From Candidatus Marinacidobacterales bacterium (GTDB lineage Bacteria; Acidobacteriota; Vicinamibacteria; Marinacidobacterales; SMYC01), in NCBI GenBank assembly GCA_965237955.1, contig OZ250169.1:5632001-5696000 (forward strand): a stretch of 64,000 bases of DNA. Reading direction: 5' to 3'. The position numbers and the translations under genes were made by a program. This document shows positions 57,479 through 64,000 of the stretch, piece by piece. Below the pieces are notes generated by a model. The model was not told where the DNA came from, did not search any database, and saw nothing but the letters and a program-made list of their open reading frames with translations. Every line of letters begins with the position of its first letter. Position 1 is the first letter of the stretch.

Positions 57479-59458
57479 CTACTCGAAGGACGCGGCGGTC
57501 CTCGCCGCAGGCGGTGGGTAGTCGGGACGGATAAACCGACTGCGGATATCTCGCGAAAGCCACACTGCGCCCCACCCGATCCATCCGATCAAGATTACCG
57601 TTGCCGCGACACGGCCGGTCCTCGCGGCTTGACGCCAAACGTCGAGCAACATCCCTAGCGCAAACACGATGACCGGAAGGATCACTAGATCGTCCTTCGA
57701 GAACTGGAATATGTGTGTCGATCCCAAACCGGCTCGCAGGAAGTTCAACCCCACGAAGGTTGCGATGGCGGCACCTGCCAGAGGTCCGACGAGCGAGCTG
57801 GTAAGCTTGCCGCGCAGGAAGTAGAGGCCTCCGAGAGCCAGGAAGCCCCAAAATCCATAGAAGAGATTCAGTCGGTGTGCCGTCATCGAGAGCGCGGCAA
57901 GTGGGGTGAACGTGACATCGACCAACTCCGAGACCAACTCCGAGCTCGAACCGGCTGCCTCGGGTCGCGTCAGAATCTCGGGGATGTATTGCCAGTAGAA
58001 ACTGAAGACGGCGGCGAGAGCACCGACGAGCGCCCACGCCGCGATCGCGACGAGGCGTTTGCTCTCGGGACGACGATCCTTTTTAACAAACACGAAGGCG
58101 AGGCAAAACGCGGGAACGAGCATGCCGAGGACGAGCGCGCTTCCGGCATATGACAAGATCGAGACTGCGACGAGCGATGCGAACCCCATCGCGTAGAGCG
58201 GTCGTTCGATACGGTCGAAGAACAACACGAGGTAGAGCACGACCACCGTGTCCCAAAAATGCCCGAACAAAGCTGCGTACGACGCAACGGCCAGGCGGAA
58301 CGCGAGGACCCGTGCCGTTGCATGTAGAAGTACGACGAACACCGCCGCGTTCCCGGTGAGGCCGAGTGTTCGCGCCAACGCGAACAGGACGAGCGCTTCG
58401 ACCGCGAGAAGCGCCGCTGGGACGAGCTTCATCCACTCTTCCACCGGGAGCTCGAGAAGGCTCAGGGGGTAGATCGTCAAGTAGAGGAGAGGTGGATACG
58501 GGAACGCCAACCATTGATTGCCGACGAGCTGGAGGCCGAGAAGATGCGTGTGCTGGTTCTCAATGTAGTTCGCAAAGAAGCCATCGAGCCCTTCGGTCCA
58601 GATGAGAGAAACGAACTTCGAGTGCGTGCGGACGTCGGGATAGTAGAAATCGGGGTGGAACAAGGCGAACAACCGGATCGCGAGACCCAGGTAGACCAGG
58701 TATACCGCCCATCGCGCTTCGGACGTCGCGAACGCCGAGCCTTGGACTCGCTGCCTGAGCAGGAAGAACAAGACCAGGAGGGCGGCGATGACGTGCGTGC
58801 GCATGCCGAGCGTCGCGCTCGCGTGCACGGGCCATAGTTTGTGGAAACCGGTGAGCACGACCAGCGCGAAAGCGGCAAGCGCGCTCGAGACAGATGCCAC
58901 CTTGAAGCCGAGCCCCAGGAGACGGGGGACGATGTAGAACGCCGCCACCCACGAGAGCATCCACAGTAAGGCTGGTGCGTTCGGCACGACCGCGCCGAAT
59001 TGGGGTGACGGGCGAATCTGCATCCAGTCGAGTGCGAGCCCGAGCGGTCTCGGATCGTCCGAGCGAGAGAGGAGACGGAGCTCGAACGGACCGCCGTCGG
59101 TGTTGTCTGTGTGAAGGTCGATGAGTCCGAAGTCTCGTTGCGGCACGGTCGCGGTTTCGAGGAGCTCGTCGCCGAGAAAGAAACGAACATCTGCGGGAGA
59201 GGCAATGTGTCGCTTGTAGCGCAACGTCACATCGTACGGGCCGCTCAAGTGGAACGGGACGATTACCGTAGAGCGATCGCTCGACCAGTGGATGATGGTC
59301 GGCTCATCGACTTCGAAGTCTTCGCGAAAGCCGCGCGTGTAGCGTGTGTCGTTGGGCCCGAAATCGAGGAAGATGTCGGAAGGAAGCTGGAAAGCGAGCA
59401 GAAGGGCGAAAGCGGCGAGCACGAGGAGCAGACCGACGCGAAAGGCGTCCGCGCTCAT
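57479..59458 (-). CDS. Multi-TM membrane protein (GT-C glycosyltransferase-like)
   Basis: N-terminal beta-rich extracytoplasmic domain; PD..TH and FPYPP motifs; more than 12 TM segments. Confidence 0.6.
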   Translation of the reverse strand: MSADAFRVGLLLVLAAFALLLAFQLPSDIFLDFGPNDTRYTRGFREDFEVDEPTIIHWSSDRSTVIVPFHLSGPYDVTLRYKRHIASPADVRFFLGDELLETATVPQRDFGLIDLHTDNTDGGPFELRLLSRSDDPRPLGLALDWMQIRPSPQFGAVVPNAPALLWMLSWVAAFYIVPRLLGLGFKVASVSSALAAFALVVLTGFHKLWPVHASATLGMRTHVIAALLVLFFLLRQRVQGSAFATSEARWAVYLVYLGLAIRLFALFHPDFYYPDVRTHSKFVSLIWTEGLDGFFANYIENQHTHLLGLQLVGNQWLAFPYPPLLYLTIYPLSLLELPVEEWMKLVPAALLAVEALVLFALARTLGLTGNAAVFVVLLHATARVLAFRLAVASYAALFGHFWDTVVVLYLVLFFDRIERPLYAMGFASLVAVSILSYAGSALVLGMLVPAFCLAFVFVKKDRRPESKRLVAIAAWALVGALAAVFSFYWQYIPEILTRPEAAGSSSELVSELVDVTFTPLAALSMTAHRLNLFYGFWGFLALGGLYFLRGKLTSSLVGPLAGAAIATFVGLNFLRAGLGSTHIFQFSKDDLVILPVIVFALGMLLDVWRQAARTGRVAATVILIGWIGWGAVWLSRDIRSRFIRPDYPPPAARTAASFE

Positions 59459-60102
59459 GGGGTTTTCGTGCTGGGGCTTTTTTGGCTGCCGTGGTTGTTT
59501 GTGACCGCGACGACGCGCGCCATGTAGTAGTCACACACGCCACTGCGGAAGAGCTGTTCGTCCTCGAAACGGAAAAACGGCTCCAACAGGGTGCGATAGT
59601 CGTCGGCAGGACGGATGTAGTGGCCGTTCTCGGCCCAGTGGAGGAGGTGTCCGATCAGATTCAGCCGTGACTCGGTGGGGATGTCTTCGATGAAGAGGGC
59701 TGTTCCTCCCGGCCGCAACACACGTTTCATCCCCGAAAGCACGGCGCTGACGTCGTCGTCGTCGAGGTGGTGCAACAGACCGTAGACGAGGGCGTCGTCG
59801 AACGCCCCTTCGGGGAAATCCAGCGCCCGCGCGTCCTGAACCGAGAACTGCCCCTGATAATGCTCCTTGGCGAAGCGAATATACTTCGGGTTGAGATCGA
59901 CCCCGGTGTATGCGTCTTTCGGGAACAGGTCCGAGAACGCGCCAGGCCCGCAGGCGACGTCGAGCACTTTGCGCCCGGGACGCGAGCCCAGGTGGTCGCT
60001 GATGGTCTTCCGGATGACCTTGAAGTTCGCCTCCAGGAGCCCCCGGCAGAAGAGGAAAAAACGCGGGTAGTCGGAGAGTTTCTCGATAAGAGCGTGCAGC
60101 AT
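59455..60102 (-). CDS. Class I SAM-dependent methyltransferase
   Basis: VLDVACGPG, GVDLN, LLHHL and RVLRPGG motifs. Confidence 0.9.
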   Translation of the reverse strand: MLHALIEKLSDYPRFFLFCRGLLEANFKVIRKTISDHLGSRPGRKVLDVACGPGAFSDLFPKDAYTGVDLNPKYIRFAKEHYQGQFSVQDARALDFPEGAFDDALVYGLLHHLDDDDVSAVLSGMKRVLRPGGTALFIEDIPTESRLNLIGHLLHWAENGHYIRPADDYRTLLEPFFRFEDEQLFRSGVCDYYMARVVAVTNNHGSQKSPSTKTP

Positions 60103-60170
60103 GTAACGTCCGCGCAGATATTATCGCAGCGGGATTGAAAAACCGAATCGAGCGAAGGTTAGAATAAGCC

Positions 60171-61244
60171 ATGCGAATCGCCCTCGCATTCGGCCCATTC
60201 GCTTTTGTAGCGCTCGGCCACGCTGCGCTTGCCGCTCAGGATCTCGAGCGGCAAGTCATGCAGGTTTTCGAGCGCGCCGGTCCCGGGGTCGTGAACATCA
60301 CCAGCCGCAGTATCTCGTATGATTTCTTTCTGCGCCCGATACCGCAGGAAGGCTCCGGCTCTGGATTCGTGTACGACGCGGCCGGGCATATCGTCACGAA
60401 TTTTCACGTCATCGAAGGCGCACGAGAGCTTCACGTGACCTTCTACGACGAGACGAGAGTGCCGGCGAGCGTCGTCGGGTTCGATCCGTCCAACGACCTC
60501 GCGGTGATCCAAGTCGATGTCGCGTCGGAAGTTCTGAACGTCATCCCCATACGAGCTTCCGATGAGCTGAGAGTGGGGCGCTTCGTCGTCGCCATCGGCA
60601 ACCCTTTCGGCCTCCAGCAAACGCTCACCACAGGCGTGGTCAGCTCGCTCGGGCGGGTCATTCAAAGTCCCGATGGCCGGTTCATCGGGGAGATCATCCA
60701 AACGGATGCCGCGATCAATCCGGGGAACTCGGGCGGTCCGCTCTTGGACTTGCAGGGCCATGTGGTCGGGCTGAACTCGGCGATCATCAGTCCGAGCCGG
60801 GCTTCGGCGGGGATCGGCTTCGCGATCCCCGCGAGCACGTTGGAGCGCGTCGTGCCCGAGCTCATCGCGCGCGGACGTTACGCCCATCCGTGGCTCGGGG
60901 TCTCGTTGATGGATGTCAGCTCGAATCTCGCGGCGAGGCTGAATCGAAACGGTGTTCGCTCGCCCGGCGGCGGCGGCGTGCTCGTGGCGGAAGTGCTCCG
61001 GCGAGGTCCCGCAGGAGCAGCCGGGATCCGTGGACCGCAAAGGATGGGACGCCTCGGAAATCTCCGCGTTCCACTCGGTGCCGACTACATCCTCGCGATC
61101 GGCGACGAGCCCGTCCGCACGAGACGCGATCTCACCGTGGTGCTCGAGACCCAATACCGTGTCGGCGACACTGTCCAAGTCTCGATCTGGCGCGAGGGCC
61201 GCGTGGTGGAGATTCCTCTCAAACTAGGGGAGCGGCCTCGATAG
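60171..61244 (+). CDS. HtrA/DegP-like serine protease with PDZ domain
   Basis: GSGSGF, TNFHVI, DLAV and TDAAINPGNSGGPL motifs; C-terminal PDZ; signal peptide. Confidence 0.95.
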   Translation: MRIALAFGPFAFVALGHAALAAQDLERQVMQVFERAGPGVVNITSRSISYDFFLRPIPQEGSGSGFVYDAAGHIVTNFHVIEGARELHVTFYDETRVPASVVGFDPSNDLAVIQVDVASEVLNVIPIRASDELRVGRFVVAIGNPFGLQQTLTTGVVSSLGRVIQSPDGRFIGEIIQTDAAINPGNSGGPLLDLQGHVVGLNSAIISPSRASAGIGFAIPASTLERVVPELIARGRYAHPWLGVSLMDVSSNLAARLNRNGVRSPGGGGVLVAEVLRRGPAGAAGIRGPQRMGRLGNLRVPLGADYILAIGDEPVRTRRDLTVVLETQYRVGDTVQVSIWREGRVVEIPLKLGERPR

Positions 61245-61415
61245 CTAAGTTTCTTCCAGTCCCCGTGCGCCTGTCCCTCCCCGACGAGGTTCGCTGAAAA
61301 GGTAAAAAAGGGGACAGGGACTACTTTGCCAGATGGTCACAAAGGCGCAAACAAAAGCACACGACACGACCTCCGTGCGTCCATCGCCTGTTGAGTGAAC
61401 CACGGTGCGCGCGCC

Positions 61416-63058
61416 CCTCTGTGCCAACCTCCTTGAGACACTTTGCCCCTTGAAATTAGTGTAGAGGGCGGAGGAGGATCATGAATGACTACGTTGATTG
61501 AGAGAATGACCCCGGCGGGATCGGAAGGAGCCCGTAGGGCGACTGCAGATCGCGCCGGCCGCGATGCGGCGGGGGCCCCGGATCCCGAAGTGAGTGAGCA
61601 AGCGAAGCGTCGACGCTTTACCGCGGAGTACAAGCTGCGGATGGTGCGCGAGGCGGATGCCTGCAAGGGTGACGGCGATGTTGCAGCTCTTCTGCGTCGA
61701 GAGGAACTGTACTCGTCGCATCTTTCGAGTTGGCGTCGCCAACGTGACAAGATTGCCAAGGCGGGGTTGACGTCGAGAAAGCGAGGCCGGAAGGCGAAGG
61801 CAGAGGATCCACGGGTCAAGGAGCTCGAGCGCGAGAACGCCCGACTCCAACGTCGCCTGGCTCGGGTGGAGACGATGTTGGAGATCCAAAAAAAAGCCTC
61901 CGAACTGCTGGGGATCCCCCTGAATCCACTAGACAGCGACAGGACCGACTGATCGTGGCGGCCGAGGAGCTGGCGGGGCGGATTGGGCAGATGGCGGAAG
62001 CCTGCGAGGCTCTGGGTGTGGCTCGTTCCACGTTGTATCGAAGGCGCCGGCCGGTGACGTCCAAACCGAAGCGTCGTCCTCGGCCGCACCGAGCCCTCGA
62101 CGAGACCGAGCGCGAGGAGGTCCTCGGAACCTTGCACTGTGAGCGGTTCGTCGACAAGGCGCCCGCTGAGGTGTGGGCCACGCTCCTGGACGAGGGAATC
62201 TAATACTGCTCGATCCGCACGATGTATCGGATTCTGGCGGACAACGGAGAGGTCCGAGAGCGCCGGAACCAGCTGCGACATCTGAGTTATCAAAAGCCGG
62301 AGCTGCTGGCCGAAGCGCCGAACCAGGTTTGGTCGTGGGACATCACCAAGCTTCGTGGCCCGGTCAAGTGGACCTACTACTACCTCTATGTCATCCTCGA
62401 CATCTTCTCCCGCTACGTGGTTGGCTGGATGCTGGCTCACCGAGAAAGAGCGGCGCTCGCCCAACGCCTCATCGCCGAGAGCTGTCGCAAGCAGGACATT
62501 GAACCCGACCAGCTCACCCTTCACGCGGACCGTGGCAGCTCGATGAGAAGCAAGCCCGTGGCTCTGCTCCTGGCTGACCTCGGAGTTACCAAGACCCACT
62601 CCAGACCTTACATCTCGAACGACAATCCCTACTCCGAGTCCCAGTTCAAGACGATGAAGTACTGTCCTCAGTTTCCGAGCCGTTTTGGTTCCGCCGAAGA
62701 CGGCCGGCTGTTCTGCTGCGGTTTCTTCGACTACTACAACTACGAGCACCGGCACTCAGGAATCGGCTTCATGACGCCGGCCGACGTTCACTATGGTCGA
62801 GCCGAACAGCTCACCACCGCTCGGCGCCAGATCCTTCTCGAAGCTCATCGGACTCATCCCGAACGCTTCGTTCGCGGAACGTCACAACCTCCCGTTTTGC
62901 CTCCTCAGGCTTGGATCAACCCGCCGCCGGAGAAAACGACGCTCCTGGAGGCCGCACAAGCCAGTCTCGCGGCGGCGTCCATACCTGGGGCACCCCCTTT
63001 TTCTGCTCCACTAAACGAGATCTCGATCGATGCAGATGTGGACCGCACTGGCGTCACG
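61416..63058 (+). mobile_element. IS3-like element, copy B (diverged relative of 42554-44264), right part interrupted by another IS
   Basis: Same left end cctctgtgccaacctccttgagacac; orfA and orfB homologous; right IR not in window. Confidence 0.88.
61485..61952 (+). CDS. Transposase OrfA
   Basis: Near-identical to 43728-44195. Confidence 0.88.
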   Translation: MTTLIERMTPAGSEGARRATADRAGRDAAGAPDPEVSEQAKRRRFTAEYKLRMVREADACKGDGDVAALLRREELYSSHLSSWRRQRDKIAKAGLTSRKRGRKAKAEDPRVKELERENARLQRRLARVETMLEIQKKASELLGIPLNPLDSDRTD

Positions 63059-63061
63059 TGA
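61955..63061 (+). pseudogene. Transposase OrfB with a nonsense codon at 62201-62203
   Basis: TAA where copy A has TAC (EGI-Y-YCS); 3' end cut by the IS6110-like insertion. Confidence 0.85.
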
Positions 63062-63108
63062 ACCGCCCCGGGTTTTCCGGAGACTCCAACTCTTGAGAGG
63101 ATGGAGTC

Positions 63109-64000
<892 letters not shown>

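Noticed and set aside
61256-61323. gtcccc...ggggac palindrome after htrA as a third MITE copy
   Set aside because: No CTAG flanks and no internal similarity to the 125-bp element; more likely a terminator-like or other repeat
61888-61923. A-run in IS3-like orfA as a programmed -1 frameshift site
   Set aside because: The -1 frame reaches TGA (ccc-tga) before orfB in both copies, so no OrfAB fusion results
62201-62203. In-frame stop in orfB as a recoding event
   Set aside because: It is TAA replacing TAC of the sister copy; a simple nonsense change or base error

Overview
A GC-rich bacterial chromosomal window. Gene content (PEP-CTERM-type sorting signal, ExeA/ExeB, PilZ, TonB receptor, MglA-like GTPase) suggests a diderm such as Acidobacteriota; the taxon is an inference. 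It holds about 45 housekeeping or accessory genes, including leuB, an ECF sigma/anti-sigma pair, glpD-like, ampG, AddAB-like helicase-nuclease, a Doc/AbrB toxin-antitoxin pair, lexA-DUF3467-imuB-like, cofE/npdG, a GGDEF protein and HtrA. Roughly 10 kb is mobile DNA: three near-identical ISL3 copies, two copies of an IS3-like element, an IS6110-like element, an IS200-type tnpA and two copies of a 125-bp CTAG-targeting MITE. Some of these form two nested stacks: ISL3 > ISL3 > IS3-like (40359-45518) and IS3-like > IS6110-like > MITE (61416-end). Most notable: (1) the ~480-bp ISL3 non-coding leader folds into two long stems whose mismatches are all G-U on the strand opposite the transposase, and it carries DnaA-box-like 9-mers around an AT-rich tract; (2) a hidden selenocysteine peroxiredoxin (in-frame UGA at the peroxidatic Cys plus a SECIS-like hairpin); (3) the MITE, which disrupts a PEP-CTERM-type gene and an IS orfA; (4) an MglA-GAF-pseudokinase fusion; (5) a QLDLF clamp-binding-like motif in AddB. 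Several frameshifted or truncated genes suggest genome erosion or assembly indels. No rRNA, tRNA or CRISPR array was recognised. All calls were made by eye, with no searches run.
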